Assembly: GCA_963813075.1 (NCBI GenBank)
Contig: CAWEXU010000030.1
Location: forward strand, 224,001 to 288,000
Source: Methanotrichaceae archaeon
GTDB lineage: Archaea; Halobacteriota; Methanosarcinia; Methanotrichales; Methanotrichaceae
DNA length: 64,000 nucleotides
Direction: 5' to 3'
A model generated the notes under the pieces. The model did no database searches. It had not been told where the DNA came from and saw only the letters and a program-made list of their open reading frames with translations. Position numbers and translations under genes: made by a program. Shown here one piece after another: positions 53,509 to 63,195 of the stretch. Numbering within the stretch: position 1 is the first letter of the stretch; each line of letters starts with the position of its first letter.

Positions 53509-54726
53509 CTAAAGAATCTCCTTTCTCAGATCCAGGAACTCGAACTCGCACTCGATTCCTTTCTCTGCTGCAAGGGCCTTTTCTGCAATCTTCTTTATGT
53601 CCTTGATCGTTATATCGCGGCCACCCAGACCGGCGGCAAAGCCGATAATAGGCGTCCTGATGTTGGTGTTGTAGAACGCTGCTTTGAGATCCGTCAGCAG
53701 ACCGGCCTCGTTTCCTATGGAGACGTCCTTCTCCACCACTGCTATCACCTTGGCACCAGAAAGGGCCTTGCGCAGAGCTGCAACCGGGAAAGGCCGGTAG
53801 CATCTGACCTTGATCAGGCCCACTTTGACCCCATCTGCCCTCAATTCATCGATGGCATCCTTGATGGTGCCGATGACTGAGCCCATGGTGACTAAAACCA
53901 CATCCGCATCCTCGGCGTAATAGCTGTCGATTAGCCCACCGTAATACCGGCCAAAGGACTTCTCGAAATCCCTGGCCACCTGATCTATCTTCTCCAACGC
54001 CTTTTGATGGGCCGCGAACTGCTGATAGCGGAACTCTGTATAAGTGGTGGGATCGGCAAAGGCTCCAAAGGTCACGGGATTGTTAGGATCCAGGATGCTT
54101 GCCGGCTTGAAATCGGGCAGAAATTCCCGTGCCTTCTCTTTGTCCAGGAGCTCCACCGGCTCGTAGACGTGGGTTAAGATGAACCCGTCCATGCAGACCA
54201 TGATTGGAGTTCTGATCTCCGGGTCTTCAGCGATCTTATAGGCCTGCAGGGTGGCGTCGACTGCTTCCTGCACATTCTCCACGTAGATCTGCAGCCATCC
54301 CACATCCCTTGCCCCCACGGAGTCCTGCTGGTCGTTCCAGATGTTCAGGGGAGCGCCCAGGGCGCGGTTGGCCACGGTCATGACAATGGGGAGCCTCATA
54401 CCGGATACGTTGTAGAGGACCTCGTACATCAGGGCCAGGCCCTGGCTGGTGGTAGAGGAATAGCCTCTTCCGCCGCAGGCGGTGGAGCCAACCAGAACGG
54501 AGAGCGCCGAGAACTCGGAGTCAACCGTCAAAAACTCGCTGTCCAGTTCGCCATCTGCCACCAGCTGGGAGAGATTCTCCACAATGTGGGTCTGAGGGGT
54601 TATGGGATAGGCGGAGATCACATCCGGCCGGCAGCACATAACCGCATGGGCAACGGCATAAGAGCCCTCGACCACTTTCATATTGGCAGTATTCTGGGGC
54701 ATACTGCTATCGCTTCCTTTGCTCAT
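53509..54726 (-). CDS. porA: Pyruvate:ferredoxin oxidoreductase alpha subunit
   Basis: YPITPQT, TSSQGL, ANRA and RPFP motifs; start 54726. Confidence 0.93.
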   Translation of the reverse strand: MSKGSDSSMPQNTANMKVVEGSYAVAHAVMCCRPDVISAYPITPQTHIVENLSQLVADGELDSEFLTVDSEFSALSVLVGSTACGGRGYSSTTSQGLALMYEVLYNVSGMRLPIVMTVANRALGAPLNIWNDQQDSVGARDVGWLQIYVENVQEAVDATLQAYKIAEDPEIRTPIMVCMDGFILTHVYEPVELLDKEKAREFLPDFKPASILDPNNPVTFGAFADPTTYTEFRYQQFAAHQKALEKIDQVARDFEKSFGRYYGGLIDSYYAEDADVVLVTMGSVIGTIKDAIDELRADGVKVGLIKVRCYRPFPVAALRKALSGAKVIAVVEKDVSIGNEAGLLTDLKAAFYNTNIRTPIIGFAAGLGGRDITIKDIKKIAEKALAAEKGIECEFEFLDLRKEIL

Positions 54727-54986
54727 CACTTCTCCTCCAAGACCATGGTAATCGCCATGCGTGGACATTCATTGGAGCACACGCTACAGCCTTTGCAGTA
54801 ATCCAGGTCGGGGACAAACTGCCCATCCACCTGGTGGATGCAGCCCTCCGGGCAGTAGATCGCACAGAGGCTGCATTTTATACATGCCTTATGATCGACA
54901 ACGGGCACAAAAGTCCGCCAGGCACCGGTCTTGGTGATGCGGGTGCTACACGGATCTACCAGTTTTCCAGCCTTCACTTCCATCAA
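54726..54986 (-). CDS. porD: Pyruvate:ferredoxin oxidoreductase delta subunit
   Basis: KTG.WR; two CxxCxxCxxxCP motifs. Confidence 0.93.
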   Translation of the reverse strand: MMEVKAGKLVDPCSTRITKTGAWRTFVPVVDHKACIKCSLCAIYCPEGCIHQVDGQFVPDLDYCKGCSVCSNECPRMAITMVLEEK

Positions 54987-55519
54987 GAGACCCTCTCATA
55001 GGCTGTTTTAATGGCCTGCAGGTTCTTTTTCCCTAACTCTCCTCGAAAACGCTCGGATATGGCCTTGTTCAGGCTCTCCAGCCCTATCTCTTTGCTGGCA
55101 CCGCAGAATGCGCCGAGCATTGTGGTGTTCACAATAGGCCTTCCTAAGACCTCCATGGCGATCTTGGTGGCATCAATGGTGATCACTTCAGCCTTCGTAT
55201 TAAGCTTGAGCTGCTCACGTGGACGGTCGGTGTTGATAATTATCTTGCCGTCTGCTTTCAATCCGCCGGCCACATCGACCACGTCCAGAAGGGTCACGTC
55301 CTGGACAATGACATAATCTGGCTCATAGATCTGGCTTCTAACTCTGATCGGCGCATCGGCTATTCTGGCAAAGGCCATAACCGGCGCGCCCCTCCGTTCT
55401 ACTCCAAAAGCCGGAAAAGCCTGAGAGAACCTTTTGTCCTCAAAGGCGGCAACGGCTATTATCTCGGCCGCCGTGACCGATCCCTGACCTCCGCGGCCGT
55501 GTAAGCGTATCTCTTTCAA
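54983..55519 (-). CDS. porG: Pyruvate:ferredoxin oxidoreductase gamma subunit
   Basis: HGRGGQG and FG.ERRGAP motifs. Confidence 0.93.
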   Translation of the reverse strand: MKEIRLHGRGGQGSVTAAEIIAVAAFEDKRFSQAFPAFGVERRGAPVMAFARIADAPIRVRSQIYEPDYVIVQDVTLLDVVDVAGGLKADGKIIINTDRPREQLKLNTKAEVITIDATKIAMEVLGRPIVNTTMLGAFCGASKEIGLESLNKAISERFRGELGKKNLQAIKTAYERVS

Positions 55520-55752
55520 GGGCTGACCTCCTATATCTTGCGCGCTGATCTCCTCAACTGCTGCGAAAAAGGTACGAGCAAATATATCTCTTTCGGAGCC
55601 AGGGCAGTGGAGGGAAATTAATCTGCCATGAATCGATCCGGGAAGGGAATGAGAAAAGAAGGAGGATAAGAAGGTCCTTAAGATGGCAGCAGCTCTCGCT
55701 TGAGAGGTATGCCTAAAGAGGCAATAAAATCAGGAGCTTGGGCTGGGGAGGT

Positions 55753-56091
55753 CTAAACCGCCTCGCAGCCCCGCTCCTTTGTCCTGACCCGCACCACGTC
55801 CTCCACCGGATAGATGAAGATCTTGCCGTCACCGGCCTCGCCCGTCTGGGCCACTTCGCATATAATATCGACGACGCCATCAGCATCCTTATCCTCTACC
55901 ACCATCTCCAGCTTGATCTTCTGCAGAAATTCTACCTTGTAGTCTCCTGCCCGCCACTGCAACCTGACCCCTTTCTGCTTTCCCCGGCCTTTGACCTCGG
56001 TCACCGTCATTCCCGAAAAGCCCTTCTGGTCCAGCTTATCGCGCAGCAGGTAGAGCTTCTCAGGACGGACTATGGCTTCAATTTTCTTCAT
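55753..56091 (-). CDS. glnK: P-II nitrogen regulator
   Basis: MKKIEAIVRP, G.G.QKG, TG..GDGKIF and R.RT.E.G motifs; adjacent to amtB. Confidence 0.95.
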   Translation of the reverse strand: MKKIEAIVRPEKLYLLRDKLDQKGFSGMTVTEVKGRGKQKGVRLQWRAGDYKVEFLQKIKLEMVVEDKDADGVVDIICEVAQTGEAGDGKIFIYPVEDVVRVRTKERGCEAV

Positions 56092-56126
56092 TATGACTCC
56101 CTCAATTGAAATCCTCAGCTGAATCC

Positions 56127-57389
56127 TCACATATAGGCTCCTTCACCATGCTGGCTGAGGTCCAGGCCCACAGATTCTTCCTCGTCCCTGACCCGCAGAC
56201 CCATAAGAGCATCAATTATCCTGGCCAGGGCGACGGTGACCAGGAAGGAGTAGAGCCAGACTGCTCCAATGGCCGCGATCTGCACCATCAGCTGATGGGA
56301 GTTGCCCGCCAACAGGCCAGTGGCGCCGATGCTGGCAAAGATGCCGGTGGCCAGGACTCCCCAGGTGCTGCCGATGCCGTGGCAGGCGAGGACGTCCAGT
56401 GAGTCGTCGACCTTCCTGCTGCCCCGAATCAGTATTATGGCGTAGTAGCCGGCGATGGCGGCCACCACACCTATCGGCACCGCCGCCAGGGGGGTCACGA
56501 ATCCCGCTGCCGGGGTGATGGCCGCGAGACCTGCCACCGCACCGGTCACGATTCCCAGGGCAGATGGAGCTCTATCCCGCCAGGAGAGGAGCATCCAGGT
56601 GGTTGCCGCTGCTGCGGCTGAGGTATTGGTGGCGACGAAGGCATTGGCGGCTATGCCGTTTGCCGCCAGAGCGGAGCCGGCGTTGAAGCCAAACCAGCCA
56701 AACCAGAGGAGAGCAGCGCCCATAACCGTGGTAGGGATATTATGTGGCTCCATGGGGTCGGTGCCAAATCCCTTGCGTGCTCCGATGACCAGGGCAATGG
56801 CCAGGGCAGATACGCCGGCAGTGATATGGACCACGATCCCCCCGGCAAAGTCCAGTGCGCCCATCTGGGCCAGCCAGCCCCCTCCCCAGACCCAGTGGGC
56901 GACGGGATCGTAGACCAATGTGGCCCAGGCTAAGGAGAAGACCAGAAATGAGCTGAACTTGATCCGCTCCACATAGCTGCCGGTGATCAGGGATACAGTG
57001 ATGATGGCGAACATGGCCTGGAAGATCATAAAGGTGAGCGAGGGGATGGTCAGACCCTCCTTCAGGCCCATGCCCACACCATTCAAGCCCAGGAAATCCA
57101 GGCCGCCTATGAGGCCAGAGACGTCCGTCCCGAAGGCCAGGGTATAGCCGTATAAGATCCACTGCAGGCTTATGATGCTCATGACGGCAAAGCTGAATAT
57201 GATCGTGGAGATGGCATTCTTCTTGCGGACCATCCCTCCATAGAATAGCCCAACCCCAGGGATCATGAGCAGGACTAAAGCAGCGCTGATCAGGACCCAG
57301 GCGTTATCCGCAGCATTAATCGTTCCCTCATCCGCGGCTGCCATGCCCATCAGCAGAGACAGCGAAAGCAATAACCAGAAGGTGCGCAT
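56127..57389 (-). CDS. amtB: Ammonium transporter
   Basis: [17 protein letters not shown] and DD.LD....HG twin-His motifs; start 57389. Confidence 0.96.
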   Translation of the reverse strand: MRTFWLLLSLSLLMGMAAADEGTINAADNAWVLISAALVLLMIPGVGLFYGGMVRKKNAISTIIFSFAVMSIISLQWILYGYTLAFGTDVSGLIGGLDFLGLNGVGMGLKEGLTIPSLTFMIFQAMFAIITVSLITGSYVERIKFSSFLVFSLAWATLVYDPVAHWVWGGGWLAQMGALDFAGGIVVHITAGVSALAIALVIGARKGFGTDPMEPHNIPTTVMGAALLWFGWFGFNAGSALAANGIAANAFVATNTSAAAAATTWMLLSWRDRAPSALGIVTGAVAGLAAITPAAGFVTPLAAVPIGVVAAIAGYYAIILIRGSRKVDDSLDVLACHGIGSTWGVLATGIFASIGATGLLAGNSHQLMVQIAAIGAVWLYSFLVTVALARIIDALMGLRVRDEEESVGLDLSQHGEGAYM

Positions 57390-57530
57390 TGTAACCACCA
57401 GATAGTCAAGGACAGTGGTTATTTTATAAGCATATTTGGGAAAATTTATGCGAAATTCACAATGAATAAGGGATTCTCTTAAAAGCCGATGCAATATATA
57501 GAGATACGTTTATGCTCTGCTCTCCAGGAG

Positions 57531-58109
57531 TCAGTTTTGCTCTCTTGATCGTCTTTCTGAGGATACCGCGCCGGGATGAAGACCAGCCGCCGCAGTACTA
57601 TTCAGGCTTTCTATCTTTCCCTTCAGAGCAAAAAGCTCCTCATAGATCTCCTCCAGTGCTTTATTCTGGGCGGCAAAATTGTCCAGGACTGCTTTATGCT
57701 CTTCCTCTGACAGAAGGTTCATAAGATAATCGTTATGAGCCTTGAGCCGGTCCTGGCGGTTCTGGCTCATCAGGATTAAAGATGCGGTGTAGGCAGACTG
57801 CAATGAGAAGATCAGATTCATGAATATAAATGGATAAGGGTCCCAGGCCTGGATGTAGGCGGTGACATTGAGGAGCACCCAGGCAGCCACCAGAATCGAC
57901 TGGGCCAGTAAAAATTTCCAGGAGCCTAAATTCTTGTACACCCAATCGGCAAGACCTTCTCCCCGACCGGACGGACCGGGATCAATATCCTTCAGCTCGC
58001 GGATAGGGGGATGATTGTGCAAATACGGATCCGGAAATGCCAACTTCCTCAAATTGAGAGCCTCCAAAGAGTCCATATACCAGTAAACAGCATTATAGGC
58101 ATCGATCAT
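57531..58109 (-). CDS. DUF1003 membrane protein (start uncertain, 58109 or 58076)
   Basis: GSW.F, WDPYPFI.MNL and ILMSQNRQ motifs. Confidence 0.85.
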   Translation of the reverse strand: MIDAYNAVYWYMDSLEALNLRKLAFPDPYLHNHPPIRELKDIDPGPSGRGEGLADWVYKNLGSWKFLLAQSILVAAWVLLNVTAYIQAWDPYPFIFMNLIFSLQSAYTASLILMSQNRQDRLKAHNDYLMNLLSEEEHKAVLDNFAAQNKALEEIYEELFALKGKIESLNSTAAAGLHPGAVSSERRSREQN

Positions 58110-58131
58110 GAAGACTCCATGGGCCTTTAAA

Positions 58132-58761
58132 ATGAGAAGTTCGGGTGGGCACTTATTCGGATTGGCAATTCTATCTTTCCTTTTTATCCTCTCGCAGGGA
58201 GGGGTGACTGGTGCAGTTGCTCCTGCTAGCGTTGGGACGGATATCGCCAGGATCATAAGCGTAAACTATCTGGGTGCGGATCAGTGGGTTGAGATAGCCA
58301 ACCAGGGGACCGGTTTGATAGATCTTTCCGGCTGGTCGCTGGTAAACCGGGAAGATGAAAGCTACACGTTTCCGGCAAACTTCACCCTGAAGGCCGGCTC
58401 GACAGCAATGGTTCACTCCGGATTTGGCAGCAATACATCCTCGGATCTGTACAACAGCTCTCTTTTGTGGAGCGAAATAGCGGATACTGCCACCTTAAAG
58501 GATGCCGCTGGAAGGATCATTTCAGAGTACAATTATCCGGTACAGGTTTCAGCACCGGGGAGCGCGGCCCCGGCCAGGCCCTTCTCCCTTCCAAATGCAT
58601 TCGCCAACGGCGGGATGAATCCGCCCTTTCTGCCGGACTATAGACCACCTGCCGGCAAAGAGATGAGCAGCCTGAGTTCCACGCCGGTGAACCTGACCGG
58701 CCATCCCTTCATCTGCCACGGAGGTCCGCTCAACTGGGCGTGGACCAGCGGACTGGGTTAG
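58132..58761 (+). CDS. Secreted lamin-tail-domain protein
   Basis: Signal peptide; WVEIANQG...IDLSGW.L, YTFP..F.L.AG and DTATLKD motifs; Pro-rich tail. Confidence 0.85.
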   Translation: MRSSGGHLFGLAILSFLFILSQGGVTGAVAPASVGTDIARIISVNYLGADQWVEIANQGTGLIDLSGWSLVNREDESYTFPANFTLKAGSTAMVHSGFGSNTSSDLYNSSLLWSEIADTATLKDAAGRIISEYNYPVQVSAPGSAAPARPFSLPNAFANGGMNPPFLPDYRPPAGKEMSSLSSTPVNLTGHPFICHGGPLNWAWTSGLG

Positions 58762-58819
58762 AGATAGCATATGAAATAGCGTTCGTTGTGACTCGAACGT
58801 CAGATGCAATCATATATTA

Positions 58820-59551
58820 CTACCAGACAAGCGGCAGCAGGCGGTATCGTCTCTTTTGGCAGTATTCCAGGTAGCCGGGCAGGTCACGCAATAGCATCCG
58901 CTCCTCGGCGATAATTCTCCAAACGATGATCGGAATATTCAGGGCGAAGATGGGGGCCGCCCACCAGGAGCCCAGGGCTATCGGCGTTGCCAGATACATG
59001 GCCAGCACCCCCAGGTACATGGGATGGCGGACAACTGCATAGGGGCCGGTGCTGATTACCTTCTGCCTCTCGGCCACCTGGATGGTGCGAGCGGCATAGC
59101 TGTTCTCCTTGAACACCCATAAAACCAGCATGAAGCCAAAAAATACAACCGCATCCGCAATGAGGGTCCAGTGGATGGGAACGGCATCCAATCCATGAAG
59201 CCGCAGGTCGACGGCCACGGCCACAAATCCCGCCATGACGACCAGAGCGCCGGCGCTCACAATCGCACGCTGCTCCTTTTCTTCCTCCCGGTAGATCATC
59301 CTCCTCTCCAACAGCTCTGGATCACGCTTCAGGAGATGGCGCACGGCAACAAGCATCGGCAGGACCAGGACTGTCCAGTAAAGCCACCCCTGCCAGTAAC
59401 GAAGGGTGCCGGCCAGGAGATAGAGGATGAGGGGAATGACAATGGCAGCCAGACCAAACCTCATCATCGCCTGTCTTTTCAGCCTCTCGTATCTCTGCCC
59501 GTCGAATTCAGTCACCTCCTGGACTGTGCCCAGCTCCGCCCAATGCCGCAT
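58820..59551 (-). CDS. Isoprenylcysteine carboxyl methyltransferase/PEMT family membrane protein
   Basis: QKVISTGPY.VVRHPMY; RI..EE..L...LPGY. Confidence 0.88.
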   Translation of the reverse strand: MRHWAELGTVQEVTEFDGQRYERLKRQAMMRFGLAAIVIPLILYLLAGTLRYWQGWLYWTVLVLPMLVAVRHLLKRDPELLERRMIYREEEKEQRAIVSAGALVVMAGFVAVAVDLRLHGLDAVPIHWTLIADAVVFFGFMLVLWVFKENSYAARTIQVAERQKVISTGPYAVVRHPMYLGVLAMYLATPIALGSWWAAPIFALNIPIIVWRIIAEERMLLRDLPGYLEYCQKRRYRLLPLVW

Positions 59552-59576
59552 ATCTATGGAAATTGGATCTTGCTAG

Positions 59577-60482
59577 TCAGCCTTGCTCATCCAGGACTTT
59601 GCCGATTGCCTCTGCCGCTCTCTGGCCCTGGTCGTCCAGGGCAATGAGATCGATCTTCCTCGCCTGGTCCACCCCGATCCCCAGGCTCGCCGCCCGGGCG
59701 ATCTGCTCCTGCTCGAAGATCCGGCCTCTCATCACCTCAGGAGTTGTGCCATAGAGCCGCAGCAATGCCACTCCCACCGCATCAATGGCCACTCGATCCC
59801 TGGACGCCAGGAGTAGCCCTGGTTTGATCGATGTGCCCTGGTCCGGGCCACCGCGGGAGAATCCCTCTGCCGCATCCATCAGGATCAGGTCGGTGGGGTA
59901 GAAGTGGTTGATCTCTGCGATCATGAGCCTCTGGTAGGGGGAGGAATGCAATTCACGCATATAGTCATAGGTGGTGCCTTTTATCCGGGAGGCTATCATC
60001 CCCACTGAATTCTTCAGGGACATAGTGAAGTGTCCGCCGAACCTGTGGGTCTTCAGGCAACAGGTTTGAACCACCCGGTCCGCCTCGGTGAAGGTCCGGG
60101 CTATCTTGAAGCCCTGCCGCCAGTGCAGGTCCTCTGCCTGGATATCCTGCCAGTCTTCTGGGCGGGCAAAGTCCAGGTTCAAAAGCTTGAAGCCCAGTTT
60201 TCTGGAGAGATCCAGAACCCCGCGATTCTCAAGGACGGCAGTGGTGTTGCCCATGCCGCTCCGCTCGGCCATGACAAGGGTGCGAGCGCTCTTTATCAGG
60301 TGCTGGGCAATAGAATTCAGGGTCATGGGGTGAGTTGTTGCCGGGAATGGATCGTCGCTATTGTAGTTGGCCTTCAAGGCCACAGTGCCATCTGTGTGCA
60401 ACTCAAACTCAGCCAGGAGCTTCTTGACTCCTGCAATTCTATCTGATGCATCTGCCAGGAAGACATGAGAATGATCGTTCAT
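59577..60482 (-). CDS. DUF362 protein
   Basis: LK.N; TTHP; LKTH.F...TMSLKN; D.VAIDAV. Confidence 0.85.
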   Translation of the reverse strand: MNDHSHVFLADASDRIAGVKKLLAEFELHTDGTVALKANYNSDDPFPATTHPMTLNSIAQHLIKSARTLVMAERSGMGNTTAVLENRGVLDLSRKLGFKLLNLDFARPEDWQDIQAEDLHWRQGFKIARTFTEADRVVQTCCLKTHRFGGHFTMSLKNSVGMIASRIKGTTYDYMRELHSSPYQRLMIAEINHFYPTDLILMDAAEGFSRGGPDQGTSIKPGLLLASRDRVAIDAVGVALLRLYGTTPEVMRGRIFEQEQIARAASLGIGVDQARKIDLIALDDQGQRAAEAIGKVLDEQG

Positions 60483-61732
60483 CTTCGTCGCATCGCAGAG
60501 ACCCCATCCTTTAGGGTGGGGAGGAGCGCGTGCTTGTCACCTCTCAATTTTTGAACCCAAAATATATACATTCTAACCACTTCCATATATAATGTGCTTA
60601 GGACGATAACATTCAAGCTTGAGGTGACTAACCAAGATCGCAAGGCTCTTCTCGATACGATGAGAGCTTACTGCGACGCATTCTCTATCTCTGCTAAATG
60701 GGGATATGAGAACCTGTCTTGGAACAGGGTAGATAATCACAATGCAACCTACAAGCTTGCTCGCCAAAGCGTTCCCAATCTCCCTTCTTCTCTGGTGCAA
60801 GGTGCCAGAGATTGTGCTTGTGAAGCACTCAAGGCAGTCAAATGCAAAACGCTTCCACAACGGAAATCGTTCTCGGCAATGAGATACAATCAGAGAGTAA
60901 TTACAGTCAACATTGTGCATGGCATAGCTACAATTGCCAGTACCAACGGAAGAATCAAGGCAACTTTCTATACACCATCGCATTATAGGGAATATCTCAG
61001 CTGGATTATCAAGTCCTCTACGATTTCTTATGACCGGAGACGCAAAGTGTTCTATCTGCACATATCCCTGGAGCACAGCGATCCTGCAAAGGTTGCCAAT
61101 CTCGAAGTTCTTGGAATAGATCGTGGGATAGTGAATATTGCAGTCTGCTCGGATAACAGGTTTTTCAACTCTAAGAAGATCAAAAACAGGCGCGCTCGTT
61201 ATGCTTATCTTTGCAAAGAGTTGCAGTCCAAAGGCACCCAATCGGCCAGGCAAAAGCTGAAGCTTTTGTCTGGTAGGGAAAGACGGTTTGTGACTGATGT
61301 CAACCACTGCATATCCAAGCAAATTGTGAACTCGGAATATACTGTATTTGCTTTTGAGGATTTGAGCAAGATCCGAGTTCAGAAGCGAAGGGGCAAAGAG
61401 TTCAACCGCAAGCTCAATAACTGGTCTTTCTACCAACTTGAGCAGTTTGTCGGTTATAAGGCGGAAGCTCTTGGAAAGCACGTTCTGCTTGTGGATGCAA
61501 GATACACTTCTCAGAAGTGCTCTAATTGCGGGCATACTTATAAAGGGAACCGCGAAGGTTCCGCTTTCCGTTGTCGTAAATGTGGCTTTGAACTTCATGC
61601 CGACCTCAACGCTTCTCGAAATATAGCTCAGGCAGGTATATCTTGCCTGAGTAGGCTGCATAGTCAACCAGCCAAATGTGACACAACATTATCGTAGTCA
61701 CAAGCCGCGTCCTTTAGGGCGCTGTAGTTGAC
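60483..61732 (+). mobile_element. IS200/IS605-family element, TnpB-only (IS1341-like, non-autonomous)
   Basis: Subterminal hairpins CCCCATCC-TTTA-GGGTGGGG (60502-60521) and GCGTCC-TTTA-GGGCGC (61707-61722). Ends inferred from guide/cleavage pairing (GAGA predicts TCAT; CAAG predicts TGAC). No tnpA. Confidence 0.88.
60594..61697 (+). CDS. tnpB: RNA-guided endonuclease TnpB
   Basis: RuvC motifs LGIDRG, FEDL and ADLNASRNI intact; CSNCG/CRKCG zinc finger; TSQKC. Confidence 0.96.
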   Translation: MLRTITFKLEVTNQDRKALLDTMRAYCDAFSISAKWGYENLSWNRVDNHNATYKLARQSVPNLPSSLVQGARDCACEALKAVKCKTLPQRKSFSAMRYNQRVITVNIVHGIATIASTNGRIKATFYTPSHYREYLSWIIKSSTISYDRRRKVFYLHISLEHSDPAKVANLEVLGIDRGIVNIAVCSDNRFFNSKKIKNRRARYAYLCKELQSKGTQSARQKLKLLSGRERRFVTDVNHCISKQIVNSEYTVFAFEDLSKIRVQKRRGKEFNRKLNNWSFYQLEQFVGYKAEALGKHVLLVDARYTSQKCSNCGHTYKGNREGSAFRCRKCGFELHADLNASRNIAQAGISCLSRLHSQPAKCDTTLS

Positions 61733-61752
61733 AGTATATCATTATATATTGA
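61600..61752 (+). ncRNA. Predicted TnpB omegaRNA/reRNA scaffold plus guide (5' end approximate)
   Basis: Overlaps the tnpB 3' end and right end; GTCAAC (61663-61668) complements terminal GTTGAC (pseudoknot); guide would start at 61733. Confidence 0.65.
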
Positions 61753-61781
61753 TTGAAGCTCATTATATATTGATTGAAGCT
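61740..61781. repeat. Perfect 21-bp tandem duplication CATTATATATTGATTGAAGCT
   Basis: 61740-61760 is identical to 61761-61781. Confidence 0.95.
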
Positions 61782-61873
61782 GCCCGCTTAAATATGCAGC
61801 ACTATATCCAACTCTTGACCCGAGTCTCTGCTGGAATCCATAGGCAGCATCTTGCCGCATTTTGTAGTTGATA

Positions 61874-62032
61874 TCAATTGTATGGCTTAGACTTACTGGA
61901 CTGGCATGAAGGACATACTCTGATCACGCCGAATGCTTTGAAGATATGCCCGCAATCTGAGCACTTGTAGTCTCTGGCAAACATCCCCTCTGCCTCTCCG
62001 GCGTCTATTCCGCACCCGCAAATTGCGCACAT
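61874..62032 (-). CDS. 52-aa CxxCGC plus zinc-ribbon protein (below the ORF-track cutoff)
   Basis: MCAICGCGIDAGEAEGMFARDYKCSDCGHIFKAFGVIRVCPSCQSSKSKPYN; GAAGTGA RBS-like site; 32 nt after the azlD stop. Confidence 0.8.
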   Translation of the reverse strand: MCAICGCGIDAGEAEGMFARDYKCSDCGHIFKAFGVIRVCPSCQSSKSKPYN

Positions 62033-62064
62033 AATTAATCACTTCATTATGGCTCTTTTTCGCC

Positions 62065-62388
62065 TTAAAGATTTGCCAGCCAGAAGAGGGCCATTCCCAC
62101 GATGACAGTCCCCCCTAAGGATCTGGTCTTGAGGGCAAAGAGGAAGGTAGGGACGGCCACAATCGACTTGGGCTGGAGGATCTCCAGCTGGCGGGGGCTG
62201 CCGCTCACAAATAGGTCTGAGAAGACCAGGGCGCTCAAGATAGCCACCGGTATCAGATCCAGCCACTCGATGAACCATTCCGGCAGCTTCCGCTGGGTGA
62301 AGAGGAACAACGGAAACCAGCGGGGAATATAGGTTACCAGACCCATCCCCAATATCAAGAGGAGATACTGGTATTCAGCCTCAAGCAT
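62065..62388 (-). CDS. azlD: AzlD-family exporter small subunit
   Basis: GM.LVTY.PR..P; WL..IP.AIL.AL; overlaps azlC. Confidence 0.88.
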   Translation of the reverse strand: MLEAEYQYLLLILGMGLVTYIPRWFPLFLFTQRKLPEWFIEWLDLIPVAILSALVFSDLFVSGSPRQLEILQPKSIVAVPTFLFALKTRSLGGTVIVGMALFWLANL

Positions 62389-63082
62389 TCTGACCTCGCC
62401 TGCGTTTATCGTACCTTTTCAGAGCGAATCCAGCGCTCGCGCCCAATAGCGATGCGCTGATGACGAATAAGTCTCCAGGGAAAAGGACGGATAGGGCTAT
62501 GGCCAGGCAGCCGGTGATCAGAGCGGTTAATGCGTATATACGTCCCCGGAGCTGAAATACGATCAAGCAGAGGAACATGGCGCTCAGGGCGTAATCGATT
62601 CCAAAGCTCCCTCTGGCTATGAACTGCCCGAAGTACCCACCCAGGATAGTGCTGGTGATCCAGGCCAGATTGGCGGCGTGGTTGACTGTCAGCGCCTGGT
62701 ATGGATGCCAGTTGCCCTCCTTGAACCTGGCTATATTGACGGCAAAGCTCTCGTCGGTAACCCCATAAGCATATAGGGACAAAAACCTCCCGCTCAATCC
62801 CTGCAAATAGACGGCCAGAGCGGAGCTCATCAGGATGTGTCTGAGATTGACGGTAAATGCTGCCAGGACGATGGACAGAGGAGATGCTCCCCCGCCGAGC
62901 ATTGCCACGGCGATGAACTGCGAGCTTCCGGCAAACACCACCACCGACATGATGGCGATATCAAGGACGCTCAAACCACCCTTTTGAGCCAGGACCCCAA
63001 AGGCAAGCCCCAGAGGGATGTAACCGATGCATATGGGCCATGCCGCCTTTAAGCCACCCTTGATCAATGCCCTGAACGACAC
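62381..63082 (-). CDS. azlC: AzlC-family branched-chain amino acid exporter
   Basis: GYIPLG.AFG, FAGSSQF, VNLRH, TDESFA and GIDYAL motifs. Confidence 0.92.
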   Translation of the reverse strand: MSFRALIKGGLKAAWPICIGYIPLGLAFGVLAQKGGLSVLDIAIMSVVVFAGSSQFIAVAMLGGGASPLSIVLAAFTVNLRHILMSSALAVYLQGLSGRFLSLYAYGVTDESFAVNIARFKEGNWHPYQALTVNHAANLAWITSTILGGYFGQFIARGSFGIDYALSAMFLCLIVFQLRGRIYALTALITGCLAIALSVLFPGDLFVISASLLGASAGFALKRYDKRRRGQNA

Positions 63083-63195
63083 ATCTTATGCTCCCGGGCT
63101 TTCATACCGTTCATGTCTTCGTTAATAGAATTAAAAGGCGCCCCCCCACAAGTATGGGGGGGACAAGGGCTTCAATATTTATCTCACCTCATTTT

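Noticed and set aside
60573..61667. 364-aa ORF antisense to tnpB
   Set aside because: It mirrors tnpB on the opposite strand with no motifs and no RBS seen; treated as a shadow ORF
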